A stretch of 64,000 nucleotides of DNA, from positions 10,632 through 74,631 of the forward strand of contig JAQBRM010000027.1 of the NCBI GenBank assembly GCA_028286485.1. The letters run 5' to 3'. The notes below the pieces were generated by a model. That model saw nothing but the letters and a program-made list of their open reading frames with translations, ran no database searches and was not told the DNA's origin. The position numbers and the translations under genes are program-made. Source of the stretch: Candidatus Nomurabacteria bacterium. GTDB lineage: Bacteria; Patescibacteriota; Minisyncoccia; Phycocordibacterales; UBA9973. This document shows, in pieces, positions 39,464 through 47,896 of the stretch; position 1 is the first letter of the stretch; each line of letters starts with the position of its first letter.

Positions 39464-40606
39464 ATGAGCGCATTACGCCCGATCTTCTTCACCTCATTTC
39501 TCTTCTTCGCACACCTGTCGATCGTGATGTATATCAACACGACCGTCTTGAGCGCGTTTATTGATGCCAAATACACCAGTATCGTGTTTGTACTGGGGGC
39601 AGCCGGATCAATCCTGCTGCTCTTCGTCTTGCCTCATATTGTACAGGGAATAGGATTGGTAAAAACAGCGGCCTCCATCTTCATACTCTTGGCTATTACA
39701 TTAGCCATCTTGGGTACTACGGTTATAGCTGCAACATTTATCGGGGTATTCATCTTATACCTCGCGCTCACCGGTACTGTCTGGTATTGCAATGACTTGT
39801 TCGTGGCGCACTATTCTCAGGCCGCTACGGTGGGTCATACGCGTGGCAGCTACCTCACCATCAATAATGGCGCCATTGCACTGATGCCGGTCATCGCCGG
39901 ATGGGTGGTGGAACGCAGCGGCTTCCATAGCGTGTACATCGTAGCCGCTTCCTTATTGTCGATAGCAGCCGCCTGCATTCTCTACAGTCAACGATCCTTC
40001 GTGGATCGCCCCTATGTTTCCGCGACTATTCCCGCGGCATGGAACGCTATGCGCCATAGCCCGTCATTGCGACGGGTGGCGGCTATCAATTTTCTTTTGC
40101 AATTTTTTTACGTCTGGATGACGCTCTTTACTCCCTTGTATTTATCAATGGTGCTGCATTTCAGTTGGGGGCAAATCGGCCTGATGTTTTCCATCATGCT
40201 CGTAGCATTCGTGCTGTTGCAATACCCTGTCGGCCGATGGGCTGACACCATCGGCGAAAAGAAATTACTCTTTGTCGGATTCACTATTGCGATGATCAGC
40301 ACGCTCGCATTTGCATTACTGCACACGCATTCATTCATCATCTACACCGCGGTCTTGTTTACCACTCGTGTGGGTATTTGCATGGTGGAAGTCCTCGCCG
40401 AAACGTATTTTTTCAAACAAATTACTGATCGCGATGAAGGGATTGTAAGTGTCTATCGTATGATGAACCCGCTGGCCTATATCATCGGCCCCCTTACCGG
40501 CTGGTATATTATCACTACCACTTCTTATACCACGCTCTTTATAATTTTGGCCACACTGTTGTGTTTTGGCGCCATATATAGTCTTCGATTGGTGGATATT
40601 CGTTGA
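39464..40606 (+). CDS. MFS transporter
   Basis: About 12 predicted TM helices in a two-times-six arrangement. 380 aa. Confidence 0.7.
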   Translation: MSALRPIFFTSFLFFAHLSIVMYINTTVLSAFIDAKYTSIVFVLGAAGSILLLFVLPHIVQGIGLVKTAASIFILLAITLAILGTTVIAATFIGVFILYLALTGTVWYCNDLFVAHYSQAATVGHTRGSYLTINNGAIALMPVIAGWVVERSGFHSVYIVAASLLSIAAACILYSQRSFVDRPYVSATIPAAWNAMRHSPSLRRVAAINFLLQFFYVWMTLFTPLYLSMVLHFSWGQIGLMFSIMLVAFVLLQYPVGRWADTIGEKKLLFVGFTIAMISTLAFALLHTHSFIIYTAVLFTTRVGICMVEVLAETYFFKQITDRDEGIVSVYRMMNPLAYIIGPLTGWYIITTTSYTTLFIILATLLCFGAIYSLRLVDIR

Positions 40607-40721
40607 CAACATAATTATGGATATGATACGATCAACTCGTGCTTGGGTCGAAAGACTTGGTCGGCCACAGGAGAAATCCTTAAAGCTGAAGACAAGTACA
40701 TATTCACCACGGAAAAGACCC

Positions 40722-41279
40722 TTATACAGTTTCGTCTGTATCGGGGGCTTTTTCATTAAAGGTCTCTATTGCGAGTTCTAATAATGATCGTTGATTGTTC
40801 AAATATGCAATGGGTGCATTTGTTCTTTTTAAAAGCACGGAGCAACGTTTTGCGGGAGCAGGAGAAAGTACCACTTCAATCTGGTTTCTTTCTTTTAGAA
40901 ACCTTACTAAAGGTGCATAGTCCCCATCACTAGCTACAAGTACTGCCCTATTAAGGTCTCCTTCATAAAAATCTTTCACTACATACATCAATAAATCGGA
41001 ATCGCAATTCCCTTTTGTTTTCCCTTTTTGATACAACACTTCTTTATATACAAGAAAAAAATTACTTTCTTCAAAATAGGCATATAAATTTTTGTATTTT
41101 TTAATCCGTCCTATGAAAATATATGCCCGTTCGACTTTATATTTTTCCTTAAGCCAAATTCGAAATCTTTTATAGTCAAGTTTCCATCCTAAACTTCTGA
41201 GAGCTTGATCGAGGTTCGCGGCATCTATGTACGCAATATTAACCTTTTTATCTTCTTTGTTCGCTGAAACGATTTCCAT
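40722..41279 (-). CDS. NYN-domain (LabA-like, PIN-fold) protein
   Basis: IAYIDAANL...LVASDGDYAPLV acidic motifs typical of the NYN/LabA family. Sits in an AT-rich islet. Confidence 0.65.
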   Translation of the reverse strand: MEIVSANKEDKKVNIAYIDAANLDQALRSLGWKLDYKRFRIWLKEKYKVERAYIFIGRIKKYKNLYAYFEESNFFLVYKEVLYQKGKTKGNCDSDLLMYVVKDFYEGDLNRAVLVASDGDYAPLVRFLKERNQIEVVLSPAPAKRCSVLLKRTNAPIAYLNNQRSLLELAIETFNEKAPDTDETV

Positions 41280-41337
41280 GTCCGCCTATTGTATAGGAGG
41301 ACCACTAAAGAATATCTGAAGTTATTATAAATTTTTC

Positions 41338-42225
41338 CTAATTATTGGCAGCGACAAAGGATTTTACTTCATTGATCGGCAATGCAAAGCCGATGCTTTG
41401 GGAGCCAGCGGCAGTCGCCACGTTTACTCCGACGACATTGCCGTCCAATGTCAGCAACGGACCGCCGGAATTCCCCGGATTAATCGCCGCATCGGTTTGA
41501 ATAAGTTTACTCAAATCTTCCGTGGATCCATTCAGGGCATCACCGGCAGTAATATTGCGAGAAAGCCCCGATACGATTCCGGCGGAAATCGAATTATTCA
41601 ATTGTCCCAAGGCGTAGCCGATCGCCACGACACTTTGCCCCAACTGCAGACTATCGGAATTACCCAACGTGACAGGAGGAAATGAAGTGCCGCTTGTTAC
41701 CTTCAGTAATGCAATATCAAGGGTAGAATCTTTCGCCACTATAGTAGCGGCGTAGCGTTTACCGCCGGCGGTAACAGCTGTAAAGGTTGCTCCATCAAAA
41801 TCCACCACATGCCGATTGGTTAAAATTAATCCGCTGCGAGAAACAAAGAATCCGGTTCCCCCGCCGATAGTTTGCATGCTGCCGCTTTGCGCGATACTGC
41901 CATCAGCTTGCACAATATAATTCAGTACCGGCTGAGCGACTTCTATGGAGACAACGCTTTTATTTACTTTTGCTACGGCTGAGGCAACCGTGGCTGGTGG
42001 AGCAATAACAGGAGTTGGGGCGATGGCGGCTGTCGGTAGTGGAGATAGTACCGGCGCCAGTGGTATGGTGGGAGTTTTCACTATCGGCACCGTGGCCAGT
42101 AATACGCGGGCAATACGGGCGCGGTAGTGCCATGCGGCGGCTGCAGCCACGCCTATCACCAGCAAGGCGGAAAGGACCCCTATCACTACCATGCGGATAA
42201 TGTAACGGGCTAAACGATATTTCAT
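41338..42225 (-). CDS. trypsin-like serine protease (S1C/HtrA family), protease domain only with no PDZ, membrane-anchored
   Basis: Catalytic triad contexts TNRHVV, DIALLKV and GNSGGPLL. N-terminal TM helix. Confidence 0.85.
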   Translation of the reverse strand: MKYRLARYIIRMVVIGVLSALLVIGVAAAAAWHYRARIARVLLATVPIVKTPTIPLAPVLSPLPTAAIAPTPVIAPPATVASAVAKVNKSVVSIEVAQPVLNYIVQADGSIAQSGSMQTIGGGTGFFVSRSGLILTNRHVVDFDGATFTAVTAGGKRYAATIVAKDSTLDIALLKVTSGTSFPPVTLGNSDSLQLGQSVVAIGYALGQLNNSISAGIVSGLSRNITAGDALNGSTEDLSKLIQTDAAINPGNSGGPLLTLDGNVVGVNVATAAGSQSIGFALPINEVKSFVAANN

Positions 42226-42246
42226 AGCACTATTGTACTTATTCTC

Positions 42247-43062
42247 CTAGGAAATTCCTAGCTGACTACCCTTTTTGATAATAAGCCCCTCTTTCAATAA
42301 AGTCCGGGCTGCCTCCAGAATCCGCTCTTTTTCAAAACCGGTTATTTTTTGCAATTGCCCAATCGTGGCGGATTGAGTAGTCAGTACTTTCACAATACTG
42401 CCCCGCACTTGGCGTAACGAGCCGGCAAATGTACTCTGTTTTTTATACTGCGCACTATTGCGATGAATACGTACACCGATACTTTTCAAATATGATCCGT
42501 AATCCATTAAGGCCCAGTACCATGCTCGGGGATTTTTTTGATCCAAGGTGGTTGCAATGAGTGCCAACAGCTCATTATCATGTACGGTCTCTTTTGCATC
42601 CGGAAAAAAGTGGTGCAGATACACCGTGCGGATATTTGTTTCAATTACCGCTACGGGGCTGTTATATGCAAATGCCATAACAGCACCGGCAGTATACGCA
42701 CCGATGCCGGGCAAGGTTATAAGTTCATTGAAGGTTTTTGGAAAGACTCCGTTGTATTCTTGCATGACCGTTTGGGCCATCTGTTGCAGAAATCGTGCTC
42801 GGCGATTGTAACCCAAGCCGCTCCAGTGCAAGAGCACCTGCTGCAAGGGCGCGCTCGCAAGCGAGCGCGCCGTTGGAAATGCTTTTAAAAATTCCTTGTA
42901 TTTCCCGACTACTCTGCCGGCCTGTGTTTGCTGGAGCATCACTTCCGACACGATGATCTTATACGGGTCGATAGTCAAACGCCACGGCAAGTCATGACGG
43001 CCATGAGTACGGTAATACTGTCGTACGGTTTCAATAAAACGCTTTTGTTGCGCATTGGTCAT
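42247..43062 (-). CDS. mutY: A/G-specific adenine DNA glycosylase (MutY-like HhH-GPD core without the C-terminal NUDIX-like domain)
   Basis: DLPWRLTIDPYKIIVSEVMLQQTQ...LLHWSGLGYNRRARFL HhH-GPD motifs. 271 aa. Confidence 0.75.
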   Translation of the reverse strand: MTNAQQKRFIETVRQYYRTHGRHDLPWRLTIDPYKIIVSEVMLQQTQAGRVVGKYKEFLKAFPTARSLASAPLQQVLLHWSGLGYNRRARFLQQMAQTVMQEYNGVFPKTFNELITLPGIGAYTAGAVMAFAYNSPVAVIETNIRTVYLHHFFPDAKETVHDNELLALIATTLDQKNPRAWYWALMDYGSYLKSIGVRIHRNSAQYKKQSTFAGSLRQVRGSIVKVLTTQSATIGQLQKITGFEKERILEAARTLLKEGLIIKKGSQLGIS

Positions 43063-43065
43063 TTT

Positions 43066-43215
43066 CTAGAGCGGATTGTCTCCTCGAATAGCGCGAATGA
43101 TGATAAGGATTATCGCCACAATAAGGAGAATATGAATGTAGTAGCCCAGCGCGTACACGCCAATAAGGCCAAGAAACCAAAGGATAACAAGTAGGATTGC
43201 AATATCGATCAACAT
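43066..43215 (-). CDS. lmo0937-family small membrane protein (49-aa micro-ORF, absent from the ORF track)
   Basis: Manual translation gives MLIDIAILLVILWFLGLIGVYALGYYIHILLIVAIILIIIRAIRGDNPL. It lies 3 nt upstream of the mutY-like start. Confidence 0.5.
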   Translation of the reverse strand: MLIDIAILLVILWFLGLIGVYALGYYIHILLIVAIILIIIRAIRGDNPL

Positions 43216-43229
43216 AGGGTAACTCGTGA

Positions 43230-43703
43230 TTATTTAGCTGATTTTTTGGCTGCCTTTTTCGTTGCGGGCTTTTTTTTCTGGGCAGCCGGCTTTGCAACTT
43301 TCTTCACTTCTTTTTTGACGGTCTTTGCTACTTTTTTGCTCGCGGTTTTCACTGCGGCCATCTTGTGATGGGATTTCACGATCCCTTTCCATTGTTGTTT
43401 CAATAGATTGGCGAAGAGTTTGATTTCCGCCTCACTGATCTTACCGGCTTTGGCGTATTTTACCGCGACTGCATCAACGATTTTTTCATAGGCAGCTTCT
43501 GTCATATCTTTCGCATCTTCCATTTTTTCAATGACTTCTCCCTTCATTTTCACCATCCAGCCCTTCATGGCGTGACGATTTTTCTTCCCTTCCGGTCCGA
43601 AGAAGAAATATGAGGCTGCCGCTACGGCGATGACTCCTGCTCCCACAGCCGCTATTGTTCCCGCTGACATTCCGTCATCTTTCTTTGTTTGTTTTTTCAT
43701 CAT
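43230..43703 (-). CDS. YtxH-domain membrane protein with a Lys/Ala-rich C-terminal tail
   Basis: The N-terminal TM segment GTIAAVGAGVIAVAAASYFFFGPEGKKNR fits the YtxH pattern. The C-terminus is KKVAKTVKKEVKKVAKPAAQKKKPATKKAAKKSAK. Confidence 0.55.
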   Translation of the reverse strand: MMKKQTKKDDGMSAGTIAAVGAGVIAVAAASYFFFGPEGKKNRHAMKGWMVKMKGEVIEKMEDAKDMTEAAYEKIVDAVAVKYAKAGKISEAEIKLFANLLKQQWKGIVKSHHKMAAVKTASKKVAKTVKKEVKKVAKPAAQKKKPATKKAAKKSAK

Positions 43704-43748
43704 GATTGTATTTCTTACGTTACTGCTATTAATTCAGTATACCACAGG

Positions 43749-44006
43749 CTAATGATCCAGCTTTTTCCGTTTTTTGGCTATACCGAACATCCATGAAAAT
43801 ACCTTGCTGTTCACCAGCTTGAGAATAAACCCCTTGGTGGTGTCGCTGATATTGTCAACATCTTGCTCGATTTTCTTGGTAATGTGCAAGACGCTATGAA
43901 AAAATCCGATGATGTACATCAAGGCAACCGCCAAGAGAATAAACACGATACCAAAACCGATGGTGGCAACAACGAAAAACGTGTCTGCGTGGGATACCAT
44001 ATTCAT
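43749..44006 (-). CDS. small membrane protein (DUF948-like: TM helix plus coiled coil)
   Basis: 85 aa. TM helix ATIGFGIVFILLAVALMYII followed by a charged helix. Adjacent to the YtxH-like gene, as in the ytxG-ytxH arrangement. Confidence 0.4.
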   Translation of the reverse strand: MNMVSHADTFFVVATIGFGIVFILLAVALMYIIGFFHSVLHITKKIEQDVDNISDTTKGFILKLVNSKVFSWMFGIAKKRKKLDH

Positions 44007-44021
44007 ATTTTCAGTATAGCA

Positions 44022-44453
44022 TTATTGGGACGCTTGTGGAGCAGTGGAAACAGAAGGTGGGGGCAATTCCCGAATGAATCGTGCGGCAATTTGCGACTGC
44101 GCATTAGGATCACCGATGGCCACGATATAATCCCCTGCTTGTATGTCAGTAGATGCCAAGGTATCCCGCATCCGTCGAATGATGGTTTGTGGACCAATCA
44201 AGATGGTTTTTTCCGTACCATCACGATCAGCAATGGTAACGGCGGGTAATGTTACCGTCAACACCTTGCCGACCGTTCCATGTGCATCCGAGAAATTTTC
44301 CGCCTGCATGACTCCTCCGTGAAATGCAAATGAGGCCTTGCGAAAGCCGATGTGTTCACCAATTGAAAAACCAGCCAAGAGTAACACGAGTCCGACAATA
44401 CTGATCAGTACTATTTTAAACGTATGCGATTGAAAAAAATCAGAGGTTTTCAT
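44022..44453 (-). CDS. hypothetical membrane-anchored protein
   Basis: 143 aa with an N-terminal TM helix. Downstream of the ECF sigma / anti-sigma pair. Confidence 0.4.
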   Translation of the reverse strand: MKTSDFFQSHTFKIVLISIVGLVLLLAGFSIGEHIGFRKASFAFHGGVMQAENFSDAHGTVGKVLTVTLPAVTIADRDGTEKTILIGPQTIIRRMRDTLASTDIQAGDYIVAIGDPNAQSQIAARFIRELPPPSVSTAPQASQ

Positions 44454-44461
44454 ATAAGGTA

Positions 44462-44872
44462 TTATACCGCTCTACTAAATACTACGATACGGGTAGCGGA
44501 AAATCGTACCATACTGCGAAGCGACCACAGAAAGGCGGCAATCAACACCAATGCGGCCGCTAACGTGAGCGCCGGCAATGATTCGGCTAAAGATGCCGTA
44601 ATTTCCTTCCATGAAGATATGATAACGCTCCTATCGCTGAATACGAGGGACATATACGCGTCAAAATTGGAAGCGGCAAATGCCTTCATTAAGCTGATCG
44701 CGACCGGTATCAATGCGGCTACCGACACGAATGCCGACATCGCAAAAAGCCGTACGCGCCATAATCGCTCAGCCTGCTTTCTCTTATTCAACGCCGCAAA
44801 AAGACGCTCGAGTATCCGCGGATCAGGAGTGATGGGAATGATGGCAAGAACAGGTTTTTTATCCATATACAT
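44462..44872 (-). CDS. putative anti-sigma factor (membrane protein co-transcribed with ECF sigma)
   Basis: Immediately follows the ECF sigma gene, with the start overlapping or abutting its stop (MYMDKK start near 44866–44872). Two TM helices. The call rests on position only. Confidence 0.35.
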   Translation of the reverse strand: MYMDKKPVLAIIPITPDPRILERLFAALNKRKQAERLWRVRLFAMSAFVSVAALIPVAISLMKAFAASNFDAYMSLVFSDRSVIISSWKEITASLAESLPALTLAAALVLIAAFLWSLRSMVRFSATRIVVFSRAV

Positions 44873-44873
44873 A

Positions 44874-45458
44874 CTACGAAAGGCGGGGGTTTTTTGGTGC
44901 ATTACTGCCGGTCGTGGCAATAGCCTTTTGTAATAAGGCAATACCTCGCCGATAGAGGCTTTTCACTGTATTGAGGGGCTTGCCTGTGACGCCGGAAATT
45001 TCTTCAAATGTCAGATCATCTTCGGCACGCAATATCAAAATTTCACGGTACACAACCGGTAACTGTTCAATGGCCGTATTGAGATTTTCCTTCCGCTCTC
45101 GGGCAATAGCTATTTCTATAATATCAATACTCTCATCCTCAAAAACCGCATCGGCTTCTCCTTCTTCACTGAAATAAGAGAAGGGAATATTTTTCTTTTT
45201 ACGAAGGTGGTCAATGGCGGTATTGCGCGCAATTCGAAAGAGCCACGGGCGAAGACCGGAGCCTCCTTTGAAACGACCCAACTGACGCCAAACCTTAATG
45301 AAGGTTTCTTGAACAATATCTTCAGCTGCGCTGGTATTGTGTACAAACCGATAGACATAGCTATAAATGCCGGCAAAATGCCGCTCGATCAATATGACGA
45401 GTGCGGCTTCATTCCCTTTTCGGTAGGCATCGATAAGCTGCTCGTCTGATTGTTCCAT
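44874..45458 (-). CDS. ECF-type RNA polymerase sigma factor (sigma70 regions 2 and 4)
   Basis: Region 2 AEDIVQETFIKVWRQL...RPWLFRIARNTAIDHLRK. Region 4 LPVVYREILILRAEDDLTFEEISGVTGKPLNTVKSLYRRG. Confidence 0.85.
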   Translation of the reverse strand: MEQSDEQLIDAYRKGNEAALVILIERHFAGIYSYVYRFVHNTSAAEDIVQETFIKVWRQLGRFKGGSGLRPWLFRIARNTAIDHLRKKKNIPFSYFSEEGEADAVFEDESIDIIEIAIARERKENLNTAIEQLPVVYREILILRAEDDLTFEEISGVTGKPLNTVKSLYRRGIALLQKAIATTGSNAPKNPRLS

Positions 45459-45487
45459 TCACTCAGTATAATCCATTATGTCGGAAA

Positions 45488-46381
45488 TTACTGAGGGAGA
45501 AATTTGAAACCCTGCATGATACTGTTGAGATCATTATGAACCTGTACCGAATTATAAGCACTGACCCCCATGCTTGGGTCAAAATTTGCCAATACGACAT
45601 AGTGAATAGTGTATTCAATGGCATAACACTGACCGTTACGCACCGTACGATAACTGGTGGTTTCATATCGATTGCCCGCACCCGCATCAGTGGAGACAAA
45701 GGTGGTATACGGTACGCCATTAATGGTAGTAGCGGATTTAGTTACGCCGTTACCGCTGATATCGTTCAAACAATTTGTAACGGCCTTGGGATCACTGGAA
45801 GTACCGACGGTGAACTTGGCATCACCGAAATTTGTTTTCGGCTGATAACTTTGCGGTACATTCACGGTGGCTAAAACAAGTCCCAATGTGCCATCACTAT
45901 TGGCTTTCCAATCTTGTGTGTAGCCAATGCCGCCGCCCGCCAAGCTGAAAGCTTGAGGGTACGTAAAGGTAAATGTCTTGCCCTGATCGGTGAAGGATTT
46001 CAAACCGTTAGTAGCAGTACCGGCGGTGCCGGTCAGACAATTATTATAGGTGGTGGCAGTACCCTCTTTCAAAAATGCTTGGTCGCCTTTATTAATAAAT
46101 AATATGGTCCCTTGCTGGTACTGTGCGCCATCCGCGGCAATAATTTGAGGCAATGTAAGGTGACGCCCGTCAGAAAGAGTCAGATTTACACTACCATCAG
46201 AAAAGCTTGCGGTGATAGTACTGCCGCTATCACAGGTAAACAATGCGGTGGCAGTCACGGGCTGAGTAACCGGTGGAATCGCTGCCGGAATCGGAGTCGA
46301 CCCTTTATGCACAAAGCTGTACCCTACGATGAGCACCAATACCAATAATACGATATAAAATACCATTCTTTTAAATGTCAT
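45488..46381 (-). CDS. secreted/membrane-anchored protein with an N-terminal MliC-like (lysozyme-inhibitor fold) domain and an unknown C-terminal domain
   Basis: N-terminal TM helix. ALFTCDSGSTITASFSDGSVNLTLSDGRHLTLPQIIAADGAQYQ resembles the MliC family. The remainder is G/T-rich with no match. Confidence 0.45.
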   Translation of the reverse strand: MTFKRMVFYIVLLVLVLIVGYSFVHKGSTPIPAAIPPVTQPVTATALFTCDSGSTITASFSDGSVNLTLSDGRHLTLPQIIAADGAQYQQGTILFINKGDQAFLKEGTATTYNNCLTGTAGTATNGLKSFTDQGKTFTFTYPQAFSLAGGGIGYTQDWKANSDGTLGLVLATVNVPQSYQPKTNFGDAKFTVGTSSDPKAVTNCLNDISGNGVTKSATTINGVPYTTFVSTDAGAGNRYETTSYRTVRNGQCYAIEYTIHYVVLANFDPSMGVSAYNSVQVHNDLNSIMQGFKFLPQ

Positions 46382-46414
46382 ACATTCAGTATACGCCCCT
46401 CTTTACAGATAGCA

Positions 46415-47142
46415 AAATAAATGGGGACAGGCCCCTTTTTAGTTTTTCTTTAACGGTCATATGTAATGATAGAGAAATGCCAAGACAACCAAGAAATGAT
46501 ACTGGTAATCGAATCTATCATGTAATTAATCGAGCAAATGCGCGGCTTAAAATATTTGAAAGTGACTCAGATTATGAGCTTTTTGAGAATTTATTAATGA
46601 AAGCCCTGAGTCGTTTTTCCATAAAACTATATGCATATACCAATATGCCCAATCATTTCCATTTAGTGCTTTATTCTGAAAAACCTGCTGAGGTTTCAAA
46701 ATTCATGCACTGGTTAAGCGGTGCTTTTACCCAACATTGGCATACTCGACATGCCACCATGGGAAGCGGTCATCTATTTCAAGGCCGGTACAAATCATTT
46801 CCTATTCAAAATGGAAACCACTTACTGCAAGTATTGTTATATGTTGAACGAAATGCAGTTCGTGCAAAATTAGTTAAAAGAGCGGAAGAATGGAGATGGT
46901 GTAGTGCGTGGATAAGAAAATACGGAAATGAAAAGCAAAAGAAAATGCTTTCAGAATGGCCTATTGATGTGCCCAAAGATTATTTGAATGTTTTAAATAA
47001 AACCGATGATGAAAATATTTTAAAAGACATTAGATTCTCTATTACAAAAAGTGTTTCTATTGGGTCAGAGGGAAAAAGACCGCGAGGGCGACCTAGAAAG
47101 AAATAAAGATATTCTAAAAAGGGGCCTGTCCCCATTTATTTA
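46415..47142. mobile_element. REP–RAYT–REP unit: IS200-like Y1 (HuH) transposase gene flanked by perfect 28-bp inverted REP-like termini
   Basis: Left end aaataaatggggacaggcccctttttag. Right end ctaaaaaggggcctgtccccatttattt is its exact reverse complement. Each end contains a GGGGaCAGGCCCC hairpin. The interior is AT-rich. Confidence 0.7.
46477..47106 (+). CDS. REP-associated tyrosine transposase (RAYT; IS200/IS605 TnpA-like Y1 HuH transposase)
   Basis: HuH motif MPNHFHLVLY and a catalytic Tyr context LLYVERNAVRAKL (Y1_Tnp family pattern). The start MPRQPRND lies internal to the 46375 track ORF, which reads through the left REP. Confidence 0.8.
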   Translation: MPRQPRNDTGNRIYHVINRANARLKIFESDSDYELFENLLMKALSRFSIKLYAYTNMPNHFHLVLYSEKPAEVSKFMHWLSGAFTQHWHTRHATMGSGHLFQGRYKSFPIQNGNHLLQVLLYVERNAVRAKLVKRAEEWRWCSAWIRKYGNEKQKKMLSEWPIDVPKDYLNVLNKTDDENILKDIRFSITKSVSIGSEGKRPRGRPRKK

Positions 47143-47374
47143 CCAATGATTCTTTTTGGGGGCGAGTTAGGCGTTTCAATTCCCCTTCACGGCGACGAAC
47201 TTCGGCGTAAGTAGGAAATGATTCGCTGTAGACGAGGGTTACGGGGCGGCGGATTTTGGTGTAGTGCGCGCCGGCTTTCGAATTATTATGCTGATAAAGC
47301 CGGCGCTCCATATTGTTGGTGGAACCAACATAGTACGTGCCATCATTGCACTGCAAGATGTACGCGTGGAACAT
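47114..47374 (-). CDS. GIY-YIG nuclease-family protein (YhbQ/UPF0213-like)
   Basis: YILQCNDGTYYVGSTNNMERRLYQHN is the GIY-YIG motif. The last 7 codons and the stop (KWGQAPF*) are supplied by the right REP of the RAYT unit. Confidence 0.75.
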   Translation of the reverse strand: MFHAYILQCNDGTYYVGSTNNMERRLYQHNNSKAGAHYTKIRRPVTLVYSESFPTYAEVRRREGELKRLTRPQKESLVNKWGQAPF

Positions 47375-47893
47375 TTAAATTTTTCGTGCCCGCCATATGC
47401 GAGCAGCAATTGTTACAAGGATAGTAACCAGAATAACCGCTATGAAGGCAATAAAAGGATTGGGCACGATAGAGGTGATACCGAGCACGAGTAACCAGCT
47501 GGTAATATAGAAAATCATGTTGCCGACAAACAGGTAGAAAAAACTTTCCGCAAATGAGATGTCGAGCCAGGCGGTGATGAAGGCATTGAGGTACGGAAAG
47601 CTGAAATAGCCCAATAGCACCAGATAAATCTTCCGTTGGTGCTTGCCCATGTAGGCGGTAAGCCGCAGCGACCATTTCACCGCAAATGCTTTTACCTTGC
47701 CATTATTGAACCTTTTTTTGGCATAACGTCCGATTGCATAGCCGATAATAATATCAACCGTAGTGGCGATGATGAATAACAGGGTGATGATCCATATCGA
47801 ATAATCCCATTGATGGGTTTTTACCAGCAGTCCGTTCAATGTAACGGTTTCTTGAACGAACAGTATTAGTATCACCCACGGCCATTGCTTCAT
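47375..47893 (-). CDS. hypothetical integral membrane protein (4–5 TM helices)
   Basis: 172-aa hydrophobic ORF, translationally coupled to flanking genes in the glycan operon. Confidence 0.4.
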   Translation of the reverse strand: MKQWPWVILILFVQETVTLNGLLVKTHQWDYSIWIITLLFIIATTVDIIIGYAIGRYAKKRFNNGKVKAFAVKWSLRLTAYMGKHQRKIYLVLLGYFSFPYLNAFITAWLDISFAESFFYLFVGNMIFYITSWLLVLGITSIVPNPFIAFIAVILVTILVTIAARIWRARKI

Positions 47894-47896
47894 AGT

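Noticed and set aside
42928-43297. Two overlapping 88-aa ORFs (42928..43194 on the plus strand, 43031..43297 on the minus strand)
   Set aside because: They overlap the mutY-like start and the lmo0937-like micro-ORF in other frames. Their translations are low-complexity. The 49-aa membrane micro-ORF is the better explanation of the coding potential here.
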